Made by a program: the position numbers and the translations under genes. The notes beneath the pieces were generated by a model. That model was not told where the DNA came from. It saw only the letters and a program-made list of their open reading frames with translations, and ran no database searches. 64,000 nt of DNA from an uncultured Ruficoccus sp. (GTDB lineage Bacteria; Verrucomicrobiota; Verrucomicrobiia; Opitutales; Cerasicoccaceae): NCBI GenBank assembly GCA_965140785.1, contig OZ223505.1:32001-96000 (forward strand), written 5' to 3'. Positions 27,792 to 38,706 of the stretch are shown here, piece after piece. The stretch's first letter is position 1. The number at the start of each line of letters is the position of its first letter.

Positions 27792-30014
27792 CTATCCCTG
27801 CGGCGGTTCGCCTTCGTAGCGCAGGATAAAGGTGGTGTGGCCGGGCAGGTCCATCTTGAGCGAGTGGTCGCGGCCGTCCCAGGCGGTTTCGTCGCTCATG
27901 AGGCCGCCGCCGAGCCCGGCACCGGTTCCGCCGTAGAGGTCGGAGTTGGTGTTGATCAGCTCGCGCCAGTAGCCGGGGAAGGGCACGCCGACGCGGTGCC
28001 CCTGGCGGGTCACGGGGGTGAAGTTGCCGATTACGGCGAAGGTCTCCTCCGGGGTGTCGCCCATGCGCAGGAAGGTCAGGACACAGTTTTCCGAGTCGCC
28101 GCCGTTGATCCACTGGAAGCCGACTGGGTCGTTGTCGTAGCGGGCGATCGAGGGATGGTTGCGGTAGAAATGGTTGAGGTCGCGCACGAGGCGCTGGATG
28201 CCTTCGTGGTCCATGTACTGGAGCAGGTGCCAGTCGAGGCTGCTGTCGTAGCGCCATTCCGAGCTCTGCCCGAATTCCGAGCCCATGAAGAGGATATTCT
28301 TGCCCGGCCAGCCCCACATCCAGGCGTAGAGCGAGCGCAGGTCCTGGGCTTTCTTCGACATCTCATAGCCGGCGCCCATCTTCGTGATCATGGAGCCCTT
28401 GCCGTGGACGACTTCGTCGTGCGAGAAGACCTGCATGAAGTGTTCGGAGTACTGGTAGAGCATTCCGAAGGTCATGTCGTTGTGGTGCCAGCGGCGGTAC
28501 ACGGGCTCTTTCTCAAAGTACTGGAGCGTGTCGTGCATCCAGCCCATGTTCCACTTGTAGTCGAAGCCCAGGCCGCAGTCCGAGGTGGGCTTGGTCACGC
28601 CGCCGAAGGAGGTGGACTCCTCCGCCACCATGAGCGCGCCCGGGTAGTACTCATGCACGAGGTCGTTGGCCTGGCGCAGAAATTCGATCGCCTCGATATT
28701 TTCGCGGCCGCCGTACTGGTTGGGGATCCACTCGCCCTCCTCGCGGGAGTAGTCCAGGTAGAGCATGGAGGCGACAGCGTCCACGCGCAGCCCGTCGATG
28801 TGGTAGCGGTCCATCCAGGAGAGGGCGCTGGCGATGAGGAAATTGCGCACCTCGTGGCGTCCGTAGTTGAAGATGAGCGTGCCCCAGTCCATGTGCTGGC
28901 CCTGGCGGGGGTCGGCGTGCTCGTACAGGCAGGTGCCGTCGAACTCGGCCAGTGCGAAGGTATCCCGCGGGAAGTGGGCCGGGACCCAGTCGATGATCAC
29001 CCCGATACCGGCGCGGTGGAGCGAGTCCACCAGGAACATGAAGTCCTGCGGCGTGCCGAAGCGGTGGGTGGGCGCGAAAAAGCCGGTTACCTGATACCCC
29101 CACGAGCCCGAGAAGGGGTGCTCGCTGAGCGGGAGGAACTCCACGTGGGTGAAGCCCATCTCCTTGACGTAGGCGGTCAGTTCGGTCGCCATCTCGCGGT
29201 AGGTGAGCGGGCGGGCGCCGTCCTCCACCACGCGTTTCCAGGAGCCGAGGTGGATCTCGTAAACGCTGATCGGACTCTCCAGGTGGTTGGTTTCCGGGCG
29301 CTGCTCCATCCACTCGGCGTCGCCCCATTCATAGTCGTCGATTTCCCAGACGATGGCGGCGTTGTGCGGCGGGGCCTCGTAGCTGATGGCGTACGGGTCG
29401 GTCTTGAGGTGCAGGTAGCCGTCCCCGCCGACGATCTCGTACTTGTACTTGGCGCCGGCTTCGAGACCGGGGATGAAAAGCTCCCACACGCCGGAGGCAC
29501 CCAGCGTGCGCATGGGGTGGTAGCGACCGTCCCAGTTGTTAAAGTCGCCCACCACGGACACGCGCTTGGCCGAGGGGGCCCAGACGGCGAAGCTCACGCC
29601 CTGCACGCCGTCGTAGTGCTGCACGTGCGCGCCGAGCTTATCGTAAATGCGGTGGTGGTTGCCCTGATTGAAGAGGTACAGGTCGTCCTCGGAGAGGGTG
29701 GGCAGGAAACAGTAGGGGTCCCAGAACTGGCGGATCTCGCCGTTGTAGCGCTGGGTGCGCAGCCGGTAGTTAAAAGGTTTCGAGCGCTTGGGGATGACGC
29801 CCTCGTAAAAGCCGCTCTTGTCGAGCTGGGTCAGCGGCCAGCGCTCGTCTGTGTCCACATCGACGACTTCGCACGTCTCCGCGTCGGAGAGGAAAGCTCG
29901 TGCGACCAGTCCCTGTTTGCCTTTCTGCTTGGTCGGGTGGAGCCCGAGAATATCGTGGGGGTGCGAATGCCGGGCCTTCAGCAGCAGATCAAGGTCGCTT
30001 TCAGGGATAATCAT
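27792..30014 (-). CDS. glgB: 1,4-alpha-glucan branching enzyme
   Basis: FAVWAPSA, YEIHLGSW, SWGYQVTG, DWVPAHFP, DGLRVDAVASMLY, AEEST, SHDEVVHGK. Confidence 0.97.
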   Translation of the reverse strand: MIIPESDLDLLLKARHSHPHDILGLHPTKQKGKQGLVARAFLSDAETCEVVDVDTDERWPLTQLDKSGFYEGVIPKRSKPFNYRLRTQRYNGEIRQFWDPYCFLPTLSEDDLYLFNQGNHHRIYDKLGAHVQHYDGVQGVSFAVWAPSAKRVSVVGDFNNWDGRYHPMRTLGASGVWELFIPGLEAGAKYKYEIVGGDGYLHLKTDPYAISYEAPPHNAAIVWEIDDYEWGDAEWMEQRPETNHLESPISVYEIHLGSWKRVVEDGARPLTYREMATELTAYVKEMGFTHVEFLPLSEHPFSGSWGYQVTGFFAPTHRFGTPQDFMFLVDSLHRAGIGVIIDWVPAHFPRDTFALAEFDGTCLYEHADPRQGQHMDWGTLIFNYGRHEVRNFLIASALSWMDRYHIDGLRVDAVASMLYLDYSREEGEWIPNQYGGRENIEAIEFLRQANDLVHEYYPGALMVAEESTSFGGVTKPTSDCGLGFDYKWNMGWMHDTLQYFEKEPVYRRWHHNDMTFGMLYQYSEHFMQVFSHDEVVHGKGSMITKMGAGYEMSKKAQDLRSLYAWMWGWPGKNILFMGSEFGQSSEWRYDSSLDWHLLQYMDHEGIQRLVRDLNHFYRNHPSIARYDNDPVGFQWINGGDSENCVLTFLRMGDTPEETFAVIGNFTPVTRQGHRVGVPFPGYWRELINTNSDLYGGTGAGLGGGLMSDETAWDGRDHSLKMDLPGHTTFILRYEGEPPQG

Positions 30015-30149
30015 GTCTCCGAAACGTAAGCGTGTGGGTTTATGATGACAAGTGCGAACACTTCTTCTTTGGCCCGAAAGCGCGCAAAAAAAGCCCTTCG
30101 GCGGGTTTTTCCGCTTCACAGCGGCGCCCCGGCCCGCCATCGTGACGGA

Positions 30150-30854
30150 GTGAACGCCGACGTGGAGAAACTTCTCACCCTACAAGAGCGGGAAGCCCGC
30201 AAACTCGCGCTCGAGACGCAGCTGCTCCAGATTCCCCGCGAGGTGGACAAGGCGAAGGCGAAAATCGCCGAGGAGCAGGCCGCTATCGAGGCCGCCAACC
30301 AGGCCCTCAAGGAGCTGGAGGTCAAACGGGTCGATCTGGACAAACAGGTGCAAACCCTGGAGGGCCAGGTCGTCAAGTACAAGACCCAGCAGATGGAGGT
30401 CAAAAAGAACGACGAGTACACGGCGCTCACCCACCAGATCGAAACCCTTCAAGGCCAGATCGGCACCTGCGAGGAGGAGGAGATCGAACTCATGCTCCAG
30501 CTCGACGAGGAGACGAAATCCGCCGCCGCCTCCGAGGCTGACCACAAGGAGCAGATCCGGCTTTTTGAAAAAGAGATCGAGCGCCTGGCCAAGCAGATGG
30601 AGGCCGTCAAGGGCGAGATCGGGGAGGCCGTCGCCGCCGCCGAGTCCGCCGCTGCCGACGTCCCGGCCAACTGGCTCGATGCCTACCGCCGCGTCCACCA
30701 GCGCCACCCCCGCGCCCCCTGGGCCGTCCCCCTGCGCGACCAGCACTGCGGCGGCTGTTTCCTGAAAGTCTCCGGCGAGGTCGAGGGAACCGTCCTCACC
30801 GACAAGGAACCCGCCCACTGCGACAGTTGCGGCCGCGTGCTCTACCGGGAGTAG
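30150..30854 (+). CDS. Coiled-coil protein with C4-type zinc ribbon (DUF164/CT398-like)
   Basis: Long coiled coil, then CGGC ... CDSCGRVLY. Confidence 0.85.
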   Translation: MNADVEKLLTLQEREARKLALETQLLQIPREVDKAKAKIAEEQAAIEAANQALKELEVKRVDLDKQVQTLEGQVVKYKTQQMEVKKNDEYTALTHQIETLQGQIGTCEEEEIELMLQLDEETKSAAASEADHKEQIRLFEKEIERLAKQMEAVKGEIGEAVAAAESAAADVPANWLDAYRRVHQRHPRAPWAVPLRDQHCGGCFLKVSGEVEGTVLTDKEPAHCDSCGRVLYRE

Positions 30855-30909
30855 TCTTTCCTCGGGTGTTTCGCCAATTCCGCCCCTCAATTACCCGCCC
30901 CATCTCGCT

Positions 30910-31494
30910 ATGACAAAAAAACACCCTGCTGGTCTCTGTGCGATTCTCGTAACGACCCTGCTCCTCTTGATGGGATGCGATCGAGACCCCAAGCCCACCG
31001 TTACCCACGAGGATCTGGTGGAACTCTCGGGCTACCGGGCCCTTGTCTTGCAGGTGCCGCGTGCGACGCAGGGCAAATGGTTGTATTACAAAAAAGAACG
31101 CTCCAACGGGCATGTTGACTATTGGTCAGCGTTCGAGGTACCCGATGGGGCCACAGAAATAAGATTACTGGTCAATCCCTTTGAGCGGACCTTGCACTAT
31201 GCCCAAGGGGTAGGCTACCCGGACAGCAGGATTGTATTGGGGGGCTATACTCCGCCCGGCCAGGAAAGTCCCTTCGCTTATCCCGAGTACACAGAGTTCG
31301 CCTGTCCGGGGGGCACCATGAAGTTAAGCGACTTTTATTTCGTCTACAGCGACGAATGGGCGGGGCGTGACCTTGCTCTTGGGCAAGCGATTTTTCCTGA
31401 AGATGACGAGCGCAGCAAAGCCAGATGGATGCTTATCACGCTCATCCCCGAGTCGGAACTGCCCAAGGGCTGGCTTGGACATAATCAGGATTAA
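30910..31494 (+). CDS. Hypothetical lipoprotein
   Basis: Signal peptide with lipobox LMGC. Confidence 0.65.
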   Translation: MTKKHPAGLCAILVTTLLLLMGCDRDPKPTVTHEDLVELSGYRALVLQVPRATQGKWLYYKKERSNGHVDYWSAFEVPDGATEIRLLVNPFERTLHYAQGVGYPDSRIVLGGYTPPGQESPFAYPEYTEFACPGGTMKLSDFYFVYSDEWAGRDLALGQAIFPEDDERSKARWMLITLIPESELPKGWLGHNQD

Positions 31495-31504
31495 GGAGAT
31501 CCTG

Positions 31505-31867
31505 ATGGAGAAAACAATCCGAGGCCATCCCTTCAACCTGATCGTCGATCCGCTCAGAACCATGACCGGGCGGATTTTTTCCTACCTGGTCACCGTCGGG
31601 GCGGGAATGCTATGCGGCCTCGGATTGTTCACGCTCTACACTGAGGATAAGTTCCACCTGTGGCAGGCCGGAGTTTTTATATTCCCGGCCACGGTGGTTT
31701 CCGGTCTGGTGCAGGGGTGGGGAGTGCTCAGTTACCTGTTTTTGGCGGGCTTCGCCTTCTGGTTTACGCTGGTGGATATACGCTTTCGCTGGCTACTGGC
31801 GGTGTTCGCCGTGTCGGCAGGCGAGGCTTACCGCTCGCAGGCCAGTTGGTACGCCGGCCTTTATTGA
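31505..31867 (+). CDS. Hypothetical small membrane protein
   Basis: Several hydrophobic segments; aggag precedes ATG 31505 (alternative start 31562). Confidence 0.55.
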   Translation: MEKTIRGHPFNLIVDPLRTMTGRIFSYLVTVGAGMLCGLGLFTLYTEDKFHLWQAGVFIFPATVVSGLVQGWGVLSYLFLAGFAFWFTLVDIRFRWLLAVFAVSAGEAYRSQASWYAGLY

Positions 31868-31945
31868 GCCGGGCAGCACATCATCCCGGTGAAGGAAGGC
31901 GATTGGTGTTTGTTCTCGGGAACAAATGACGGCGTGGGTTGATCC

Positions 31946-32620
31946 ATGACGGAAGTCCCCAACCTTTCACCCTCTCTCACCATGCCCGCCTACACCGAGC
32001 CCTACTTTCTCTCCTCCGCGCTGGTTGTGATCGACATGCAGAACGATTTCGTGCTGGTGGGCGCTTCCGCCTGTGTCGAGGGGACGGCTGATGTCGTGCC
32101 GTCCATTGCGCGGCTGCTGGAGGTGTATAGACGGCGCGGGCTCACCATTGTACATGTTGTCCGCCTCTATGAACCGGATGGCTCCAATGCCGACTTGTGC
32201 CGTCGCGCGCGGATTGCCGCTGGGGGCCGTATCGTGGAGCCGGACTCGGACGGGGCGGAGATCGTCGAGGAGCTCAAGCCCGTCCCCCAGGCACGTCTGG
32301 ATGCGCCGGCCCTGCTGGCCCGGCATGCCCAGGCGCTGGGGGAACATGAATTCGTCTTTTACAAGCCACGCTGGGGGGCCTTTTATGGGACGGCGCTGGA
32401 AGTCTTTCTGCGCGAGCACGGCGTGGACACGCTGGTGTTCGCCGGGTGCAACTTCCCCAACTGTCCCCGCACGAGCATTTACGAGGCCAGCGAACGGGAC
32501 TTCCGCCTCGTGTTGGCGCGCGATGCGGTTTCCGGCCTTTACCCCAGGGGCGAAGCTGAACTGGAAGCCATCGGCGTGCGCTTGATGGAGGCCGATGAAC
32601 TGGTCGAGGCGATGACCTAA
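31946..32620 (+). CDS. Cysteine hydrolase (isochorismatase family)
   Basis: ALVVIDMQNDF, KPRWGAFYGT, GCNFPNCPRTS. Confidence 0.9.
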   Translation: MTEVPNLSPSLTMPAYTEPYFLSSALVVIDMQNDFVLVGASACVEGTADVVPSIARLLEVYRRRGLTIVHVVRLYEPDGSNADLCRRARIAAGGRIVEPDSDGAEIVEELKPVPQARLDAPALLARHAQALGEHEFVFYKPRWGAFYGTALEVFLREHGVDTLVFAGCNFPNCPRTSIYEASERDFRLVLARDAVSGLYPRGEAELEAIGVRLMEADELVEAMT

Positions 32621-33405
32621 TTTGCGGCTGGCTCAGGAGACGTTTCCGGCGCTTCCGCTGCCGCCGCATTCTCGGCTTCGTACTGCTCCATGAGCTCGGC
32701 GGTCTTTTTCTGGACGGCGGGCATGACCTCCATGACGCGGGGCATGATGACCTCCATCGTGCGCTGCTGGACCTCGGGGGTTTTTTCGATCATGGCCTGG
32801 CCCGAGGGGGTGGCGTAAAAGTCCGAGATACCCTTGAGCTGGTCGGCGGTGAAGGTCTCGGCGTAGATGTCGATCATGTCGCCGCTCATGGCTTCCCAGT
32901 CGATGAGGCGGTTCATTTCGTCAAAGGCGCTGGCCTGGATCTCAAGCAGGCGCTCGTCCACAGGTTGGCCCGATTGGGCCATCTGCTGGCGCTGCATGTT
33001 GAGCATGGCCTCTTTCTGCTTCTCCATCAGCTCGCGCATCATCTTCTCGAAGTTGAGCTGCTGGAAGATCTTCTCGGCCTCGGCACGGGCGGCGGCAGTG
33101 TCTGTGCCTTCGGTTGCACCGGCGGTGGCCAGGCGGAGCTTTTGCTGCTGGCCGTCTTTTTCAAGGATGAGGGTCTTGGTCTGCGGTTGGTAGTCGGCCA
33201 CGCTCCAGCCGGCGTAGTCGCCCCCGAGCCGGACCCAGCGGCTGTTCTCGCCCGAGGGTTCGCTGAGCGAGAAGGACAGGTCGTCACCCATTTCGAGGAC
33301 GGCGCGGAAGACATAGGAATCCTGCGCGGGCTCATCGGCGGCGTGCAGGAGGGTGCCGACCGTCAGGGCGGCCAGCAAACAGCAGAAACGGAGGATGTTT
33401 TTCAT
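32617..33405 (-). CDS. Secreted DUF2059-domain protein
   Basis: Signal peptide; IYAETFTADQLKGISDFYATPSGQAMIEKTP typical of DUF2059. Confidence 0.8.
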   Translation of the reverse strand: MKNILRFCCLLAALTVGTLLHAADEPAQDSYVFRAVLEMGDDLSFSLSEPSGENSRWVRLGGDYAGWSVADYQPQTKTLILEKDGQQQKLRLATAGATEGTDTAAARAEAEKIFQQLNFEKMMRELMEKQKEAMLNMQRQQMAQSGQPVDERLLEIQASAFDEMNRLIDWEAMSGDMIDIYAETFTADQLKGISDFYATPSGQAMIEKTPEVQQRTMEVIMPRVMEVMPAVQKKTAELMEQYEAENAAAAEAPETSPEPAAN

Positions 33406-33472
33406 GAGGGTAATCGATCAGTCGGAGTGCGAGGGATACTTTTTAAAAAAAAGAGAAGGGTCGTCCGGCGGC

Positions 33473-34354
33473 TCAGGGGAAGGTGTAGCGCTCGGTGCGG
33501 TTCTCGATCATGGAGGAGCGAAACAGGACGGGGCCTTCCGGGCTCTGGCTGGAGGCGGAGAAATTGATCGTGACGGCGGCGGTTTTTTCCAGGGGACCGT
33601 TGTCAGTGCCGACGGGCAGGAGGCTGGTGGTTTTCAGGGCCAGGGTGCCGTGGTCGATGATCATGTTCGTCGGCACGTTGGGCGGGATCAGGTTTTGCAG
33701 GGTCATTTCGCCGGAGACTTTCAGGCAGCGCTGGCCGTCGATCTCCTCGACACCTTCCAGGGTGACGGTGCCGCTGACATCCTCGGGCTGGAGGGTCAGG
33801 CGCTCGTCGGAGGAGTTGCGGGCGGCGTTGGCCTGGTTGACCGTCCAGGTCTCGCCCACGGCGACGGGGTGGTCCGGACCGAAAATCTCGTCGCTGGTGG
33901 CCCGACCATCGTAAATGAGCAGCAGTGAGGCCAGGGCCTGCTGAGCGAGGGAGTTGACCGGCTCCCCGCCGAGGGTGAAGTGGAGCCCGTCGGCCTCCTG
34001 GGTGGCGGTGAGAATCGTGCCCGCGGGGTAAATCGTCTGGGCGGGTCCGTCGATCGCGAGTGTGAGGGTTTTGACCGTGATGGTGGCGGCGGTGGCCAGT
34101 TGACGGTCATTGACGGCGGTAACCTCGATCGTGCCGTCAAAGTCCAGCTCGGAGGAGAATTTCTGCTCGCGGACGGTTTCGCCGTTGAGGGAGAGGGTCA
34201 CTTCAACCTGGCGCTCCACCTGCATGCCCAGCCCGTAGGTCTGGCCCACCTGGCGCGGGTAGGTCAACTGGACCGGCCAGGTGTCGGCTCCGTGGACGGG
34301 GGCCAGGGCGGCACCGGCGAGGCCCATCAGGGCGAGGGTGAGCAGCAACTTCAT
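33473..34354 (-). CDS. Hypothetical secreted protein
   Basis: Signal peptide MKLLLTLALMGLAGAALA; Thr-rich, beta-like; PVAVGETW motif. Confidence 0.75.
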   Translation of the reverse strand: MKLLLTLALMGLAGAALAPVHGADTWPVQLTYPRQVGQTYGLGMQVERQVEVTLSLNGETVREQKFSSELDFDGTIEVTAVNDRQLATAATITVKTLTLAIDGPAQTIYPAGTILTATQEADGLHFTLGGEPVNSLAQQALASLLLIYDGRATSDEIFGPDHPVAVGETWTVNQANAARNSSDERLTLQPEDVSGTVTLEGVEEIDGQRCLKVSGEMTLQNLIPPNVPTNMIIDHGTLALKTTSLLPVGTDNGPLEKTAAVTINFSASSQSPEGPVLFRSSMIENRTERYTFP

Positions 34355-34551
34355 CCCCTCAGGCTGGGGAGCCCCGGCCCCGCTGGCAACGGGATAATTT
34401 ACGGTCCTTTTGCGTTTAAGCCGCTGTCAGGCGCGCCGAACCGCCTTGTTTTTCGCAGTGTCTTTCGTTTCCTCCGCGACTTTCAGCGTACCGCCTCGCC
34501 CCTCCCTGAATCTTTACAAATCCATGAATTAAGAATCCACGAATTAACAAA

Positions 34552-35349
34552 CTACCACTTTAAGCGGATGCCGAGTGGGCAGTGGTCGCTGCCCATGACA
34601 TCGCTGAGGATAAAGGCGTCGTCCAGGTGCGGCTCCAGGTCTTTGGAGATGAGAAAGTAGTCGATGCGCCACCCGATGTTTTTCCCGCGGGCGCCGGCCC
34701 GGTAGCTCCACCAGGTGTACTGGTCGGCCAGGCCGGGGTTGCGGTGGCGGAACGTGTCGATAAAGCCGCCCTCGAGGTGCTGCGTGAACTCCGCCCGCTC
34801 CTCGTCAGTAAAGCCCGCGTTGCGGCGGTTGGGCTTGGGCCGGGCGAGGTCGATCTCCTCGTGGGCGACGTTGAAGTCCCCGCAGACCACGACGGATTTT
34901 TCTTTCGCCAGCCCTGTGAGCATCTCGCGGAAGGCCGGGTCGAACTCCCCGGTGCGGTAGCCGAGCCGCCGCAGCTCATTCTGGGAATTGGGTACATAGA
35001 CATTGACCAGGTAAAAGCGTCCGAAGTCGGCCACCTGCACGCGCCCCTCCTGGGGGTGGACGGCCCGGTCCGGCCAGTCGATCCGCACGGAGGCGGCGGG
35101 GTGCTGCGAAAGAATGGCCGTGCCCGAGTAGCCTTTTTTCTCCGCCTCGTGGTAGTACTGGCACGGGTAGGGGATTTCGAGCTTGGGGGCGGCGTCCTCG
35201 TTCACCTTGATCTCCTGCAGACACAGGATGTCCGGCTGGTGGGTCGCGATGAAGTCGGTAAAGCCCTTTTTCATCACGGCGCGCAGGCCGTTTACGTTCC
35301 AGGAGACGAGGGTCAGCTCGTTGGGCAGGGGTTGGGTCGTTTCGCTCAC
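34552..35349 (-). CDS. xth: Exodeoxyribonuclease III / AP endonuclease
   Basis: [44 protein letters not shown]. Confidence 0.96.
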   Translation of the reverse strand: MSETTQPLPNELTLVSWNVNGLRAVMKKGFTDFIATHQPDILCLQEIKVNEDAAPKLEIPYPCQYYHEAEKKGYSGTAILSQHPAASVRIDWPDRAVHPQEGRVQVADFGRFYLVNVYVPNSQNELRRLGYRTGEFDPAFREMLTGLAKEKSVVVCGDFNVAHEEIDLARPKPNRRNAGFTDEERAEFTQHLEGGFIDTFRHRNPGLADQYTWWSYRAGARGKNIGWRIDYFLISKDLEPHLDDAFILSDVMGSDHCPLGIRLKW

Positions 35350-35537
35350 GCCGACCAGCCAAAGTCATGCCGCCGCCGTGGACAAGGCAATTGTCGGGGA
35401 GTTCATCCCGGCGTTCGCGCTGGGGGTCGTGGGCGGCAATTCCCGTAAATACTTGACTAAACTAGGCAACCGAGGCCATTTTTAACGTTTCCACTTATTA
35501 ATCCCAGCCCATTTTAGCGAAAGTTATATCACACTGC

Positions 35538-35822
35538 ATGTCCAACGAAGTCATCGAAGTCGAGGGTAAGATCGTCGCCGTTCTACCCGGTACCATGTTC
35601 CGGGTCGAGCTACCCAACAAGCACGTCGTGCTCGCCACCATCTCTGGCAAGCTGCGCAAAAACTTTATCAAGATCACGACCGGCGACATGGTAAAGATGG
35701 AAATGACGCCCATGGACCTGAACCGCGCGCGCATCACTTACCGCCTGCGCAACGCCAACCAGCAGCGCCGCGCGCCCATCCGCAGCTTCGGGCCGCGCCG
35801 CCGTGGCGGTGGCCGTCGCTAG
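35538..35822 (+). CDS. infA: Translation initiation factor IF-1 with Arg-rich C-terminal extension
   Basis: [20 protein letters not shown]...[16 protein letters not shown]...DL.RARITYR. Confidence 0.93.
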   Translation: MSNEVIEVEGKIVAVLPGTMFRVELPNKHVVLATISGKLRKNFIKITTGDMVKMEMTPMDLNRARITYRLRNANQQRRAPIRSFGPRRRGGGRR

Positions 35823-35883
35823 GGGCACTTGTTGGGTTTTTCTTGCCCCTTATCTCTCTCACTAACCCGAATCCCTATTCGTC

Positions 35884-36843
<960 letters not shown>

Positions 36844-36867
36844 GCCGCGTTTTATCGCTTTCTTTCG

Positions 36868-36900
36868 AAAGACTCCCGCTAATTACCGGGAGTCTTTTTT
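36868..36900 (+). terminator. Intrinsic terminator after cysK
   Basis: aaagactcccg...cgggagtctttttt. Confidence 0.8.
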
Positions 36901-37009
36901 GTTAGTCAGGAAAATAGCCCAGCCATATCGGTAACTTCTCCGATGGAGATTTAACCTAAATGGGGGTAAAATAGGCTTGTCTTGAGTAATGGAACTCAGG
37001 ATGCTGTAG

Positions 37010-37083
37010 GCCTCCTACAGGTAGATGTAGTAGTAGTGGTAGCTTAAGGACCGTCGCCCTTTTTGGGGCGGCGGTTTCTTTTT
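37010..37083 (+). ncRNA. Candidate small RNA with (GTA)n-rich single-stranded tract and its own terminator
   Basis: Possible TTGTCT-N17-GATGCT promoter (36977-37005), gtagatgtagtagtagtggtag, terminator accgtcgccc..ggggcggcggt-ttctttt; no ORF. Confidence 0.4.
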
Positions 37084-37233
37084 AGCGGGGTGGAAAAGGC
37101 GAGGAGGGGTGATTAAAAAAACGCCTGCCTCGCTCAACGCCGTCCGCCATACATAGCCGTTTTCCCCTCAGTCGGTCGGGCGGAATGCAGGCGGAGCTTG
37201 CGATTTACGGGGGAGTGCATTGGTTGAGAAGCC

Positions 37234-38682
37234 ATGACCGCCCCGACCGAATACCCCTGTCTGCTGTGGTTCCGGTTCGATCTGCGTCTGGAGGATAATC
37301 CAGCCCTGGCGACGGCCATTGAGTCCGGTCAACCGGTGCTCCCGGTGTATATTTACGACGAGAAAGGTGAGGGCGACTGGCCACCCGGCGGGGCTTCCCG
37401 CTGGTGGCTGCACCACGCGCTGGCGGACCTGGCCGAGCAGTTGAGCGAACACGGCCTGAAGCTTCTCCTGCGCCGGGGCGATTCCCTGAAATGCCTGCGT
37501 GAGCTGTGCGAAGAAACCGGCGCCCGGGCTCTCTATGCCAACCGCCGCTACGAGCCCGCCGCCCGCGAGCAGCAGGACCATGTCACAGAGGTGATGCAGG
37601 CGGACGGGATCGAGGTACACCTCAGCAAGGCCGGGCTGCTCTTCGAGCCGTGGGAGATCGAGAACAAATCCGGCAACCCCTTTCAGGTTTTCACCCCTTA
37701 CTGGCGCACCTGCCGCGAGCATGCCTGGCCCGCCCCGGTCAAGGTGCCGCTGTCCCGCTTCAAAGGCATGCAGTCGCCGCCCGATTCGCTGGCCTTGGAT
37801 AAGCTGTCGCTCCTGCCGAAGCTCAATTGGGATGCGGGCTTTTACGAAGCCTGGGAGCCGACCCGGGCGGGTGCGCTGGCGCGGCTGCGGGATTTCGCCA
37901 AAGGCGCGGTGGAGGACTACGCCGCCGAGCGCGACTGCCCCGATCGGGATGGTACCTCGCGCCTCTCGCCGTACCTGCACTTCGGCCAGCTCGGGCCGCG
38001 CGAGATCGTGGCCGCGCTGGAGAAGCACGCCCGCCTCGACACCGACGGCGGCGACAAGTATCTGGCTGAAGTCGGCTGGCGCGAGTTCTCCCACCATCTG
38101 CTGTATCATTTTTCCAATACACCGGAGCAGCCGCTGCGGGAGGACTTTGAGAAATTCCCCTGGCGCGAGAATGCGGATCTCCTGAGGGCCTGGCAGCGCG
38201 GGCAGACCGGCTACCCCTTTGTCGATGCCGGGATGCGCCAGCTCTGGACAACCGGCTGGATGCACAACCGTGTGCGCATGGTGGCCGCCTCACTCCTGGT
38301 CAAGCACCTGCTCCAGCCCTGGCAGGCCGGGGCGCGCTGGTTCTGGGACACGCTGGTGGACGCTGACCTGGCCAATAACACACAGGGCTGGCAATGGACC
38401 GCCGGTTGCGGTGCGGACGCCGCCCCGTACTTCCGCGTCTTCAATCCCATGACGCAGGGCGAGCGCTTCGACCCGCAGGGCGACTACGTGCGTCGCTGGG
38501 TGCCGGAGTTGGCCGAGCTGCCGCCCAAGTACATCCACCGCCCCTGGGAAGCGCCCAGCCCGGTGCTCGAAGAGGCCGGCGTGCGCCTCGGCACCGATTA
38601 CCCCGAACCGGTCATCAGCCATGTCGAGGGCCGTGGGCGAGCGCTGGCCGCTTTTGAAAAATTAAAGGAAACCCGCCGTTGA
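37234..38682 (+). CDS. phrB: Deoxyribodipyrimidine photolyase (class I)
   Basis: WFRFDLRLEDNPAL, TSRLSPYLHFG, GQTGYPFVDAGMRQL, WMHNRVRM, DADLANN, APYFRVFNP. Confidence 0.93.
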   Translation: MTAPTEYPCLLWFRFDLRLEDNPALATAIESGQPVLPVYIYDEKGEGDWPPGGASRWWLHHALADLAEQLSEHGLKLLLRRGDSLKCLRELCEETGARALYANRRYEPAAREQQDHVTEVMQADGIEVHLSKAGLLFEPWEIENKSGNPFQVFTPYWRTCREHAWPAPVKVPLSRFKGMQSPPDSLALDKLSLLPKLNWDAGFYEAWEPTRAGALARLRDFAKGAVEDYAAERDCPDRDGTSRLSPYLHFGQLGPREIVAALEKHARLDTDGGDKYLAEVGWREFSHHLLYHFSNTPEQPLREDFEKFPWRENADLLRAWQRGQTGYPFVDAGMRQLWTTGWMHNRVRMVAASLLVKHLLQPWQAGARWFWDTLVDADLANNTQGWQWTAGCGADAAPYFRVFNPMTQGERFDPQGDYVRRWVPELAELPPKYIHRPWEAPSPVLEEAGVRLGTDYPEPVISHVEGRGRALAAFEKLKETRR

Positions 38683-38706
38683 ATCCTAAACATTGAAAAC
38701 CGCTTT

